Shown: piece after piece, positions 36,752-50,002 of the stretch
Position numbering within the stretch: the first letter of the stretch is position 1
Layout of the letters: each line of letters opens with the position of its first letter
NCBI GenBank assembly: GCA_030704615.1
Contig: CM060734.1
Coordinates: forward strand, 16,988,001-17,052,000
Reading direction: 5' to 3'
From: Takakia lepidozioides
Lineage: Eukaryota > Plantae > Bryophyta
Length of the DNA: 64,000 bases
The notes under the pieces: generated by a model
The model's input: the letters and a program-made list of their open reading frames with translations, nothing else
What the model was told of the DNA's origin: nothing
The model's database searches: none
Program-made: the position numbers and the translations under genes

Positions 36752-37698
36752 TCTATCTCTGGCTCTATTCCTGTTTCTAGAGCTCGTGAAGTATAGTTAC
36801 TTCCTTCTCTTCCTCCTCCGTTGGAAACAAGGGCTCCCTACGATGCCTCTAGAGCTCTCCAGTTTGACATTTGTAACAAGTGCTGCTATGGCATGTAACC
36901 AAAATCGAAATTGGACGTTGTCAACCATATTTGGATGCGGGTGTTGTTATTGTGTGCGAACGGAATTCATCCATTCCGACGTCTCCGTATTATCCAAGTA
37001 ATAAAGCGCTAGAAAAAAAGTACATCCGTTGCATGCACTAGCGATATATGTCAGATGTACTGCGCCGCCTGCCAATACACCGCGGCCTTCTTGCTTTCTT
37101 TCAAATTCGGATGTGCCGTAGAAATCTAAAGCTAGTTCATTTTCGAGCAGTTCTTGCAGATCCGCAATAATTGTTATGCTTCACATATGCATCCACGTGT
37201 GTTGTACTGCCTACCCTGTGGTTTGCATTTTGCCGTAACCGTCGCCATGGGGTCATTTGGCATAAAGGGTTCTGTCGGATACGACCATGTCTGGCACGCA
37301 TTCGTGCGAGGTATCTTCTGCAGTGTCAGTGTTTGTGCTGTGCTCTTCTGGCACAGCACAACATCATGACATTTGTGGTCTTCCTGTTTACTGCTCTCGA
37401 GGGTTGTTGCCGTCTTTTCATAATGGATGGTTTCATGTCGTTTTCAGTGTTTGTTTTCATCCATAAACAGCACGGCTTCTTGTAGTATTTGAAAACAGTT
37501 TTTCTGGTTAGTGCCTCTTAGCGTTGCTGTTTCCGAAGTGAAGGTGCATCTCATCCCTACATCCTTTGCATGCATCACCCGCAACCTTTGGGTTGGAGCT
37601 ACCCTTGTTGACCTCAGTTTGTTTGTCTTAATTCCCCTTTCGGTGATTGCGGGCTATCAGTTCGAGGATTCCGCAACTTTCGTTCAGTGAGGGAAAAC

Positions 37699-40600
37699 AT
37701 GTCGAGGGAGCAAGATACACTTGCGCGATTCCATTCCAATGCAGGTACTCTTCCACTGACTGCCACTGCAGACGACGATGGGTTTGCAGTTGTTCATGAG
37801 GATGAGCTGGTTACAGTGTTCCCGCTGGAGTTGGGTTCTCTCCTTGTTCAAAAAGAGGTGTATGACGAGGATGGGAATTTGGATTCTGGGCACTTGGAGA
37901 AACCATTGGTTGGCAAGTGTGGAAGGAAGTGGAGAGTCCTTCCAGGCACATACCGTGTCCTTGGAAAAGAGAGAAGACAATCAGCAGGATCAGTCGTTAC
38001 CCCTGGCACTGCAGCATCGGTCGTGCAACAGAAGGGCACAGTTCCTGTGAAACAAGAGGTGAGCACATCCACTACCTTCGTGACTCTTTCAGACTCGTCC
38101 TCGGAGGATGTTTCTGAGATTCCTCCGCCAGTGCAGAATCCGTCATTGGATGATGACGAATTGCAAGAGATAATGAGTGTCATTCCAAAATTGAAAGCCC
38201 TCGCAGGTGTGCCTGGGTGCAAGAGCAAGCTGCGTTTTGTTGATTGGGAGTCCCTTCCTGTGCAACGGGTTCAATACGTGCCAGCACAGTTTGATGGGGA
38301 CATCCTGTTTGAGCTCAACCCTCCCACCTCTTCCACTGGACTGGCTGGGCTTTTGCAGGGCATGGACAAGAAACATGATGGACATCCTTGGTGCAGGACA
38401 AAAACGTCGAACATCCATAACGACATTGGCTTGAAATTTCGGAGGTCGGTCTGCATTGGGCATTGTAAGTGCCAGAATATTTCTTGCCCTCGGCTGAGAA
38501 ACAGCGCTCAACCAAACGAAAGTGAGTGGGAAGGTGTGCCCCTGAATCCTTTCACCCCAGGGCTTGCCCCTCCCAGGACCAATACTTTTGTGTGCAGGTT
38601 CTGCAAACTTTCCCCGTCCTGTGTTTCTGTGTGCCACGCTCGTATGTATCAGGTGGCACACCGATGCAAGACAATGACTCGTGCCTGCATTCATATGGGT
38701 GCACACGAGCATCCTGTGTCCAAAGGAAGTTGTAGGGATAGCGTGGACATCGCTAGAAATCTGCTGAAGCAGGAGTTCCACAATGCCCCTTGTGCAACAC
38801 CTTCTGCTATAGCGCTTGCAGCTAGCAAGGCATTCCTGGAGAAACACATACTGGGTGAAGGGGATGCAACACAACTTATGCTGGATGCAGATTCGCTTAA
38901 TGCAGTCATGGACCATTTCTCCGTGTTGAGCTCTCATAATATTCGAAACCAGGTGAATGCACTCAGAATGGGCACAGGCACTGCTGGATTCATGGACAAC
39001 ATTATGGACCTGAAACGGAGGAGTCGCTATGAATTCATTCAAAACAGTATCTTCCCTGGCCAGGGCTCGTCCAAGGTGTATTTGTTCAAGATGTCCGCTG
39101 TGGGCGAAGGCAGTGGTGTGAGCATTGTCCGCCGTATGCAACCAAGAGGAGATTTGGCTAAATGTTGGTTAATGTTTGATCACTGCAAACGGGTGAAGGG
39201 TTGGACAACCATGGCGTGCCATGTGTATGATCTGGCGTACCAGCGTGTGCTCTCCATAGCAATTTGTGATATGCAGTCGGAGGACACTGAATCCCAGATG
39301 CTCATGTGGAATTCGCTCTTGGCCGTCATGCAGCGCAATGGAATACAAAACACAAATTTTGCGGGCTTCATGGCTGATAGTGCACAGGCAAATTTCAATG
39401 CAGTGCGACGCGTGTTTGGTTCGGGGGATCCTAAGGTCCCAATGGAAAATAGGGAGTGCACATGCCTCTTCCATTGGACTCAATCTCTGGAACGTCATAC
39501 AAAGCGCTGCATTCGCCCTGACCTGCAGTTGGAGCATAGAAGGCTCTGTCTCAAGTACAAGAATGCCACCTCAATGGGAGAAGCTGAGAGCACTTACCAG
39601 GCAATCCGGGCTTGGTGGTTCTCCTCTGGTGCTGCAACATGTACCCACGTAAAGGAGTTGGAGGACTGGTGGCACTTCAGGTACAGACAGTGGGGAGCTT
39701 TCATGACGACGGTAAGCCTCTTCAATCCCAAAAACAGAAATTTTGCATCGTGCCTGTTCATTTGGGGTTCTTCGATTGTCACTTGAAGAACTCTACCATT
39801 TGTTTTCGTTCCTCACATATCCATGCAATGCCTCCTGCAGGACATGTCCTTGGAGGACTTGGCCAACATGCCATCCTGTAATTTGGCGGAGACTGTTCAC
39901 AACGCCTGGATGCAGCAGTCTACCAAAGCAGGTCGTGACTTGTATGTGGCCACTGCTGATGACATGGTGCGTGCACTTACACAACAAACCAGGTACCACA
40001 ATTTTCTGATGGGACGGGGTGGAGGCAAGGGCCCTGATACGACTTTGTTGATGCTAAGGGCTGCGAGTAGGTCCGGAGTCCCGTCAAAGATGGCCAGAGC
40101 TCTAAACAGATGCACTGAAGGGTCCCCTCTACAATCCAGGCTCCCCCATTTGGAAAGCGAGGAAAGATTTGGATCATGCAAAAGGAAATTGAACACTCTT
40201 CCAGGGTCAGATGGAGATTCCCATCGGCCAGACAGGGTCAATTTCTCTATGCCAAAGGTGTCTCCACTGCAGAATGAGTCGTGTGCCCGCCCCTTCCCAG
40301 GTGGGTCCTCCTCCAGTGGAGCTGGTGCAGAACATACAAGCACAGCAGCGGGAATCCCATTGGAGGAGGTGGTGGCCATGGTGCAGGAATCCGATTGCAT
40401 TGATAGTGAGTGGCATATAGAACGCACCCCACCGGGATCTAGAGTGGCTTGCATGGCAATTCGGACCCCCTCATTCTAGAAATGCAAATCAAAGATATGC
40501 AAAGGCTCCAGGGGGACTCCAGCTCCAACATTCACAGGGTTGTTCCGACCTTATCATAGTGGGGAGTCAAAGGACCACAAATTTTGGTTCTGCCCAGACA

Positions 40601-41253
40601 ATATGGCACGATGCGTGAAGGGAACAGTTCGTCCTTCGGTGATAATGAAACCCCCTCCCCCCGCAATTTGGCCTGTGCAAATTGGGACGTCGTTGTCATC
40701 AACCGAGATAAGCATGTTGGAGGAGGGAGGGTTCTGTCTTGCACGGTCCCGGGTGGTGCCCTCATGCACTGTCGGCACAGATGTGCCACATGCTCCGGCA
40801 ATGCCGCCACCCGGTGCCGACTCCCACCCAACAAAAAGAGATGGAAAAACAGTGCGCCGTTTCGCTTCAGGTGCAGATCACGAATGCAAGATGGAATCTG
40901 CTAGAATTTTGCAGGCTCGGGTGTCTCGTATCACCGAAGTCCCTTCTCCGGAGTATGGACGGATTTACACAGTGCTGTCAATTGGGTCAGTTCTTCATGG
41001 CAAAGAATATCAGGTTACCGTCGGGAATTTCCCTTCGTGCACTTGTCCGGACTTTGTAACGATGCGTGAGGGCGCTCTCGGCATGAGAGGGAAGTGGGTC
41101 CCCTGCAAGCATCAATATTACATATACCTTGTGATTATGTGTTGCGACGGTAAGAGAGACCAATTCATCCACCAAGCCACACTAGGCTATGGAGAAGTGA
41201 ACACCCTTCTACAGCGGGACACCTCGCGTGGAGCTCCGCCAACTTCTCTTTGA
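37699..41253 (+). pseudogene. Element C MULE-type transposase (nearly intact; one in-frame stop at 40477)
   Basis: GCM-like CIGHCKC...CRFC...GAHEHP; WLMFDH; GFMADS; CLFHW; NLAETVHNAW; SWIM CTCPDF...CKHQY. Intron 39712-39840. Confidence 0.9.
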
Positions 41254-41646
41254 ACACATACGAGCCATGCCCGCTTCCCATGTTGGTTTGCAGGTTGCCG
41301 TGTGAAGACTTTGCATTTCTGACAAACATATGGATTTCGTTTACGGAACCAGGGAAAATGCACAAGCAATTCATTGTAAGCGTCTATCTGTGAATTGAAA
41401 TAAACTGTGACAATCATTCTGAGCTCAAATCTGCCATGTTTTCATATTTTTTAGTTTTTGAGCGGGCATTGCAGACATGGTGTGTGTTGGCCCCCTTTGT
41501 TTTGTCCACGGTAATAGGCCCTCTTCCTGCAATCCTCGCCTATAGGACCTTCTTCTCCAGCAGATTCGTGCCGCTCACGCTTTGTAGCTTGAACGTGAGC
41601 TCAGCTCCCAGGCTCACGGGGCTGGGCTCACGCCGTAGCTAGGCTC

Positions 41647-44600
41647 GGTTGTACCCACTAAACCCATCCATGAATGAGTACATCTCATGTTCAGCCACTG
41701 TGTCCAACACTATTTCAGTGAAAGGTAGTGGAAAAGGGTCTTTCTTGGTTCCTGCGTTTAACTGTCGGTAGTCCACACACACTCGTAGTTTTCCATTTTT
41801 CTTGGGTACTATCACAATGGGCGATAACCATTTTGGTGTCTCTACTGGGTATATGAATCCTGCATCCAGTAACTTCTTGATTTCTTCCCAAACTTTAGCT
41901 GCATAGTTGGGGTTCATTCTGTAACGGTTCCGACGAATTGGTTTTGTGTCAACTTCCAATTCAATTCGGTGCTGACAGATGTTAGAAGGTATACCCTTCA
42001 AATCTTTGTAGTTCCAGGCAAATACATCCTTGTATTCAGTGAATAATGCAGTAGCTTCTTGTAGAAATGATTCTTCAAGACCTGCACTTACTCGTATTAT
42101 CTGTGGTTCTTCCACTGTTCCCAGATTCACTTGAATCAATTGAGTTTCTTCCCTTACTGTCCATCCTGCAATCTCTTGTCCGATGGTTGCAATTGTGGCA
42201 GGTACTTCACTGATTTGAATGTCTTCTTCCCTTTCTTGATAGAACCGGACCGGGTGTTGAGGTGTGTCCATCGCTTCTTCCTCTGGATCTTCAGTTCTCG
42301 AAGTATTTGGTTCTCCTTGGGTGTTCACCATGTGACATCCTACTGTTGTGGTATGCTTGACCACCAGTTGTCCAATAGGTTCCAACTGTGGGTGTGCTGC
42401 GTATATTGTGGCTTCTTCTTCATCCGACAGTCCACTGGACCAATCATATTCTTCCACTATGCAAGGTCGTTTCTCTTGTGGAATGGTACCACGTTGCTTC
42501 GTCGTGATGGTGACTTGTTCTGCTCCCTTTTTTATTGTGAGAGTCTGACTTCCCCAATCGTGGTGTGATTGGGCTTGTGTTAACCATGGTCGGCCAAGTA
42601 GTAGTGAATATCCCTCTGCCACATCCTCCATTCTGAGAATGGTTACTGATACTTCGTATACGAGTCCTGCTACTTCCATTGCAAGTCGTCTGATGATCCC
42701 CAATGGCTGCACTTTTCGTTGATCAGCCATTCGTACCGTGAATGGAGCAGGTTCCATGTGCCCCAATCCTAATGACTTCTTCATCTTTTATGTCATGATA
42801 TTCACCCCTGATCCTCCATCGATGAGTACATTCGTTACCATCTTCCGTCCAATACGTACTTGTATTACGGGTACTGCTTCATCGTAATCAGGAGTTTGTC
42901 ATATAGTTGTGGGTTTAATCGTGTAAACCTCTGGTGTTGATTTTTGTTTTGGTGTGGGGGTCAATGCCACGATCGCCCGAAATAAAGTTTTCTTGCAGTG
43001 TGGAGCAATTTTTAATAATTGTCCAATGGTAATTTGGGTCTTGGTCTGGCAGATTACTTCGGCCAATTCTATTTCCATGGTTGTATTCATGGTCTTCACC
43101 GTTGGTCTGATTTTCTTATCTGGAGTTGGCTCTCCAGAAGGTATATGGGTTCCCTCTTGCATTTGAGCTATGGTTTTACTTACTTCCTGGTGTAAGCTCT
43201 TTTCCTCCTGCCATGCTGCACTTTCTGGATATTGTTTCCGTTCTTCTTCAATCTCCTTATCTGGAGGTTTCTGTTTCTTGGCATGAGTTCGGGTTACCAC
43301 AAGAGTATCCACTACAGGGGTTACCACACTTACAGCTACACTTGGTCCGGCTTCCATATTTCCCACTTTTGCCTCATGCTTGATTCGCAACTGGCATTCA
43401 TGTTTCCAGTGTCCCTCTTTCTTGCAATAGTGGCATCTCGTGCTTTCTTTGTTCTGGGTTGATGTTCCCTATCCCTTGGTGGATATTCATTTTGTGGCCT
43501 CTGATAATGATTACCCATGTTGTATTGTCTTGGTTCGTCCGATCCTCCCCGTCGGATTTGGGCTTGGTGTACCCCCACCTCTCGTGTGTACCCAGTCTTC
43601 TTGGCCCGTTGGTTGTAAATACAATGGCTGGTATTATGATTGTTCATATGACAAATATCACAGTATTTGTCCTTCATATGGCATTCCGTTGCGAGGTGTC
43701 CTGCAGTCCCGCATTTGTGACACCATGTTACCTTTCGTGGCCCTTCATCTTTAAAATTCTTGGTAGCCTCTGCTACCTTCTGATCCAAAGTGGTTTTGTC
43801 AATCACTTCTTTCTTCTTTTGCTTGGGCTTTTCTTCATCATCAGAGTCTTCTTCTTCTAAGAGATCCTTGGAATCTTTGCTTCTGCTATGATGGAATCCC
43901 AATTCCAACTTCTTTGCAGTCCCTACTGCTTCAGCAAAAAAAATTGTTAGGCATGACTGTAACCATGGTTACGTATTCAGGACAAAGTCCATTGATGAAC
44001 CATGATTTTTGCAAATCATCCCCTGGTGCTTGAGGTAGTTTCCTGATCAGAGTCTTCATTCTCTCCAGGTAGTCGACTACCAATTCTTTCTTTTTCTGTC
44101 TTAGGTTCTGTAATCCTGTGAAGATTTCAGACGTGGATTTGTTGGATCTATATCTTTCTTGAAACGCGGCTCTCATATCCGCCCAATTCGCAAAGTGATT
44201 GGCTGGGAAAGTTGCCAACCATTCAATGCATTTTCAGGCCATTGAACAAGGAAATAGTCGAATCTTCTCTTCGTATGTTGCTTCATTGTAAATGGTGCAT
44301 ATGTTTTCAAATTGATTAAGATGGAAATCTGGATCAGATTTCCCATCATATAAAGGAAATGGTGGTCTGGTTTTGCTTGCTGCTGAAGCCATCGGTGCAG
44401 CTGGTGCAACTGGTTGTCCAAACTGGGATGGTCCCGCTGCCGCTGGCTGTGGTGGTGTTGGTGTTTGTCTTCTAAACAGTGATTCAAAGCTAGGAGGTCC
44501 TTGTCCCAATGATAGTCGTCTTCCAGCTGCTGTCCCTACTAAGCTTAATGAATCTTCTACTAAGCTATTATCCTTTCTGGAGAAGTGCTTTCACTTCTTT

Positions 44601-46458
44601 CACCTTCTTCACTCAAAATGTTCTAAAATCTTTCTTCTAATATTTCAGCAAAACCTCGATTTGGGCTTGTTACTGTAGAAGGTCCTTCAGATCTTTCTTG
44701 TGGTAACCATTCACCAAGTACGTTATTGACAACTTCTTCTTCTATAGTGTTCCCACTTCCCACCGATCCGATTTCCTGATCTTCTGGTTTATCACTGTTT
44801 GATATCTCACCTTGAATAATTTTCAAGTTCTGTAATTATGGGAACTCTTCTCTTAACCGAGCCTCCCTTTCTGCAGCATATTTCTCTATTCGTTCAGCTC
44901 TGTCTTGTTTAGCTTTTTCTTTAATTTCCTCATTTATTCCCACATCATATGTAGAATTCCTTTTCAGTACCCTTTAAAACAGTCTTGGTATGTCAGTAAA
45001 GAAATTTTATAGTGTCTCTACCCTTTCTTCAAGATTCATCCTATCTTGCAAGAATCCGTATTACGACTTAATTTTCCTTTTTACTGATTGATCACCAAAC
45101 TTTTTAATGGGCACAATAATACCATCTGTCTTTTTCAGTGTATCTGACTTGCAATAAGTCTTTGGGTATCCAGTACTCCACTGCTTCTATGATCGTGTGA
45201 CAATATTCATAATTTGAACATCCTTCTCTGAAAATATAACTAGTGTAACAAACTTTTCTGATTGGGATTAGAGTAATCAATAGAGCTAGACAAGACAACC
45301 ACTCTTCACTTCTAATCCTACATTCCCAAGGTGCTCGTGTAATACTGATCACTCCTCCCTTCAATCCCCATTTGTCATCTTCTTTCGCGACTGACAAAAA
45401 GATTTTATGTTGTATTGCTCTTGGTAAACCATGAAAATTTTCCAGGAATGTTTTTCATTCTTTTGCTTCTGTTGACTTGTTCTGTCATGATTTCAAGAAA
45501 TCATTGAGTAACCATCCTTCTTTGGGTACTTTTGAACTCAACATACCGTTAGTCCGCAATATGGTCGCCAAATGTTAACCGCTGGTTTATGACTTAGACA
45601 AAACAGGCTATTAACACTACTGCCCATTTCCTAAGACATGCAACAGAGGTTGTCCGACGATATGCTTTCAGAAACGATTACGAAATAATCGTTTTAAGGA
45701 TAGCTAAACCATGAACGTCGGATGAAGCCATATCCTTGCAGGCTGCTTAATCCTATTGATTAAGCCCAATCTACAGTCTCTTAAGCATAAAAGATCTTAG
45801 TCGAAAGGACTGAAGCCTCTTGGTTCATACAAGCAGATGGTAGTCAAGAGAAAACAAGAACTATTCTGAGATGATACACATTCTCACCATCTCACGTTCT
45901 CTCATAATGCACATTCTCTCCATCTCACATTCACTCTGCACAGAGATACTTTGAATAGCATGGCTTTACTTCAGAGCTCATCACATCATCACCCAAGTAC
46001 ACATAATCACTCTGAGTCCCTCTAAATACACATTGATCACTGATACTCATACTGCACACCCTCTAAGTTGCGTCCAGTCTTTTTATACTATGCTTGAAAG
46101 AGCCGTTATAGCCTGCGGTCGTTAATGACCGTTTGCCTAACTGCCTACGCAACCTAAAAGGTTTGCTAAAAAGTGGCTCGTTGTAGTGGTCGTGAGCCAT
46201 AGTGGTAAATGGTCCACTACTCCCTCTATTGGTTAAAGCCGATGCTAACGTGACCGTGTGATATTGTGGTTCACGGCTCACGGTTACTACACTACCCATT
46301 ACTGCTCTTGTGGTAATGTACCCTTGTCCCGCCATTGGCTAAGTACCGCGTACTTAGTCGTCTCTTCCTGTGGCTCAGGTAGTGTACGTTCATCACTACC
46401 CAGTATGTCCCGTTGCGACCCTCGTTGTCTGTCCCTCGTAGCATAGCCGTTATCAACA
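41647..46458 (-). mobile_element. Ty3/Gypsy element (5' LTR, gag, protease, RT start), truncated by element C
   Basis: Probable LTR 45573-46458 (TGTT...AACA) and PBS TGGCGACC at ~45563-45570. Gag fragments 43931-44826, knuckles CHKCGTAGHLATEC etc., protease VLIDGGSGVN (~42820), RT WLSPIV...GFSGYN. Confidence 0.85.
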
Positions 46459-46719
46459 ACATGGGAACATTGGGAAACACTTGGCCAGGATATAGCCTAA
46501 GTACCTACGATTTTTCATCCATCCATGCTTTATCATCCATGAGTATGAACGAATGGCCAGGTGTGCTTCTCATCCGAGTAATGAATGAACTTCATCTATG
46601 CGCGATGGCAAGGAATGCCCTATGGGGTGCCATGAGCAGAAGAACGAGCAAGAGTGCGTGTAACAGGGAGTGGGGGAAGAAAAACACTTGGAGGATTTTG
46701 CTACGGGAAATGGAATGAG

Positions 46720-46840
46720 CTGGCTGTGTAAGGCTGTGTCGGGCTGTGACTAGCTGTGTCAAGCTGTGCCGAGCTGTGACTGGCTGTGTCGGGCTGTGCG
46801 AAGCTGTGGCGGGCTATAACTGGCTAAGCCGGGCTGTATA
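46720..46840 (+). repeat. 10-bp minisatellite (GGCTGTGNNN-like)
   Basis: About 12 consecutive units such as GGCTGTGTAA, GGCTGTGTCG, GGCTGTGACT. Confidence 0.75.
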
Positions 46841-47967
46841 ACCCCCTTAAAGCCTGCTGCTGCCACCCCTAAGGCTCCTGTTGGTCTCAGTCTACGCAAA
46901 AATTAAGGGTACCCCACAGAACCCGTAAAAGCGTCTAAGTCCCAAGCAGCCCTCTAACACTACTCTTTGTATCCAGCCATCCACCTCTTCCTCTTTCTGA
47001 TTTCAAGAGATTACAGCTAACCCTCACTAGTGCTCACATCAACTACACTGGATTGCATTTACATCTAATCATCAAACTCCCAGAGCCGCATTGTATGCAG
47101 ATTCATGATACTGAAGCCAAAGGAACAAAGACAAAACAAACAACAAGCATTCTGTCACTGTGGGTGAACTACATCTGCCTTCAATCAGCACTCCTACAGA
47201 CATGTGCATCAGATCCATTCATCTCCACCCCATCCTGGTTTGAAGTCCAGAGTCTCCATTCCATTTTCAAAGTCTTTTTCCTGTCCTCATCACGCTCTCA
47301 GTTTGAGAGTCTCTACCAAAATTTCACAATAACAATTCCTAAGTGCCAAAAAGAAGAAGCCTTGTGTCTACGAACTTATCTGTCTTATACTCCAGGTGAA
47401 GCGGTGGGTCTGCCTGCCCAAAATGGCACCTCACCATCTCCGTCAGCAGCTACCTTAACTCCTCTTCTCGTCTGGATTTGACAATTCCAGCGTTCATTAA
47501 GTCATGACGGCCTTGCTTCAGCCTATGGCAACACCCCTGTAGCTTGCCAACTAACTACCCTACCTCACTATCTAAGCAAACCTACCCTAAGATCTGATAC
47601 GATCTTATAGCAAGAAGACATTGATTATCTGAAAGCTTCCTGCATCTATACATTCCACTCTTTACCTCCTTACTTACAGATAACCTGAGTCACCATCCAC
47701 AAGCCAATCCTTCATTTGCTCTGGCAGATGCTCGTTATGTCAAGCTGCTCCTCATCCTAAATCACCATTGATTGTGCCAGCAACCCCACCTCCCTGTTCT
47801 CTGGCAGCTGGCCGTTTCCCTTGCAAGCTCATCCTCCCATGATTATGTTCATCAAGGCAATGGCGGCTCTTGTGGTTGCACAAGATCAGTGACAACACCG
47901 CCTCCCTTCACCTGGCTTGAGCACAACTCTTCCAAGCTATTCCCTGTACGATCATCCTCCAGCAAGC

Positions 47968-49843
47968 CTAAGCTACCCAATCTCCCTGCAAGTAGAGGTA
48001 GTCCAACACAACCAAATCCTCATGTATATCTCTGGCACCACTTGGCTCATCACTAGCCTCAGGGTCCTCAGACACTCCATCTACAGTCATCCCTGTTGTA
48101 GGTCCAACCTGACCTCCCGATGCCAAGATACACAAAAAAGCAGATGCATGCCATCCCGGCACCATCTCCTCATCCGTCTCACCATGCCACCGAGCTTCAG
48201 TGTCATCCTGCTGGCTCGTGCATGGATTGCGACTCAATCCATCCGCATCCCTATTGACCAAACCCGGTCGATGCACAACCTGAAAGTCATACTCTTGGAG
48301 TATAAGTGCCCACCGTGCAAGCTTCCCCGTAAGCTTGTTTGACTCCATCAACCACTTGAGTGGCTGGTGATCCATGACAAGGGTGAAGAGATTGCCGTAT
48401 AGATAGCACCTGAAGTGTGCCATGCCCCACACTGCAGCTACGCACTCCCCCTCATATGAGCTATACTTAGACTCTGCAGCGTTGTTCGAGCGGCTAGCAT
48501 AAGCCACTACTAACTCTCTTCCCTCATCATCCACCTGTGTGAGCACCACTCCAAGCCCCAGCATGCTCCAATATGTATGCAGCTGAAAGGGACGCCCCCT
48601 GATAGGTCGTCTTAAGATCGGCGCCAAGGTCAACCTCGCCTTGAGCTCCTGAAAAGCTCGCTCTTGCTCATCTTCCCACTGCCACTCCTGGTCTACCTTG
48701 ATCAATTCAAGATGGGCAGGAACATGCGATTGCCTATGCCTCAGGGCGTCTTGACAAACATGAAAGAAACTACTCTATCACAGACAAAGAGGGCTTAACA
48801 ATTATCTTTGGTGTTAAATATTTTAGGCAGTATCTATCGAGACAGATCATTTACCTTTGAAAGCCTTGCTTACTCCTTGCGAACTAACTGGACGTTTGGC
48901 TAGATGGGCTCTGATTTTACAGGGTTATGATTTTCAGATCTCATACAAGCGAGGCAAAGATAATGTTAATGCTGATGCATTGACTCAGCTCGGTTAGAGC
49001 CTTTGCAATAGCACTAAATCCCTTGACAAACCGTCTATAGTAGTTTGCCAACCCCATGAAAGCTCGAACTTGGCTCACATCCGTGGGACGTGGAATCTGT
49101 GCGATGGCCTCTACCTTAGTCTGCTGCACCCCCAATCCTCCAGGATATATCATGTGGCCCAGATACTCAATCTGGTTGTGGAAGAACTTGCACTTCCCCG
49201 GATGTAATTTCAATCCGTGCGCTCTCAAGCGCTCAAACACCACCTGAAGGTGTCTCTCGTGCTCCTCCACCGTAGCACTAAAGATGATGATGTCATCTAT
49301 GTAGCACTGAGCAAAGTCTATCCCTACTAGAATCCTTTCTATAACTCTCTGGAACTCTGCAGGAGCGTTCTTAAGCCCGAATGGTAAGAACCGCCACTGA
49401 TATAGACAATCCTTTCCGTGCTCATTGATCCCCCAGAATGCCGTCTTCTGTTTGTCCGCCTCCTTGATCGGCAACTGGTGATATCCGGACCGCAAGTCCA
49501 AAGTGCTAAAGACCTTGGCATGCCCAATGGCATCAAAGATCTCCTCAGGTGTGGGCATGGCATACTTATCGGACTTGGTCTGACGATTTACAGGCCGGTA
49601 ATCACCGCACATACGTTTCTCCGTCCAATTGCCATAGACATCCTTCTTGGCTGGCATCACCGTGGCTGAAGCATACTCTCCACCAGAGAGCTCCACCAAA
49701 CCAGCCTCCCAGAGATCTTGAGTCCTTATCTGAATCAAAGACCTCTCCATGTCACTGTCTCTATAGGGTCTCCGAAAGATTGGCGTGTCCGTAGCCAACT
49801 CAATACGAATCTCCTGACCCTTCAGTGCTCCCAAATCCTTCAA
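47968..49843 (-). pseudogene. pol: RT and RNase H of the DNMT-Gypsy
   Basis: [32 protein letters not shown]; RNase H VVAYASR...DHQPL...DADGLSR. RT is in the same frame as the DNMT ORFs. Confidence 0.92.
48707..48986 (+). pseudogene. Inserted opposite-strand RNase H fragment from another Gypsy family
   Basis: + strand reads QDGQEHAIAYASGRLDKHERNYSITDKEGL...YDFQISYKRGKDNVNADALT and interrupts pol between RT and RNase H. Confidence 0.75.
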
Positions 49844-50002
49844 ACTGAAGACAAAGCAATTCTTGTAAGCCCTCAGGAACCGCCGTATACGTCGTCTCTC
49901 TCCTCCAGTGACAATGGGTCCAATATCAGGCTCTCAATTGTCCTCCGTAACTGCAACCTTAAGTCCAGCAGACTTAGAGGTAGATGACGCGTCCCGTGGT
50001 TG

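Larger units (their letters stand above)
34549..41646. mobile_element. MULE-like element C (left part lost/truncated by element A)
   Basis: Right end reverse-complemented is GAGCCTAGCTACGGCGTGAGC (21 nt, same core as B) and falls exactly where the Gypsy RT homology breaks (41646/41647). Same divergent gene layout as A and B. Confidence 0.85.

Noticed and set aside
38143-39141. Long antisense ORFs opposite the transposases and pol genes
   Set aside because: Shadow frames of real coding sequence with no independent motifs.
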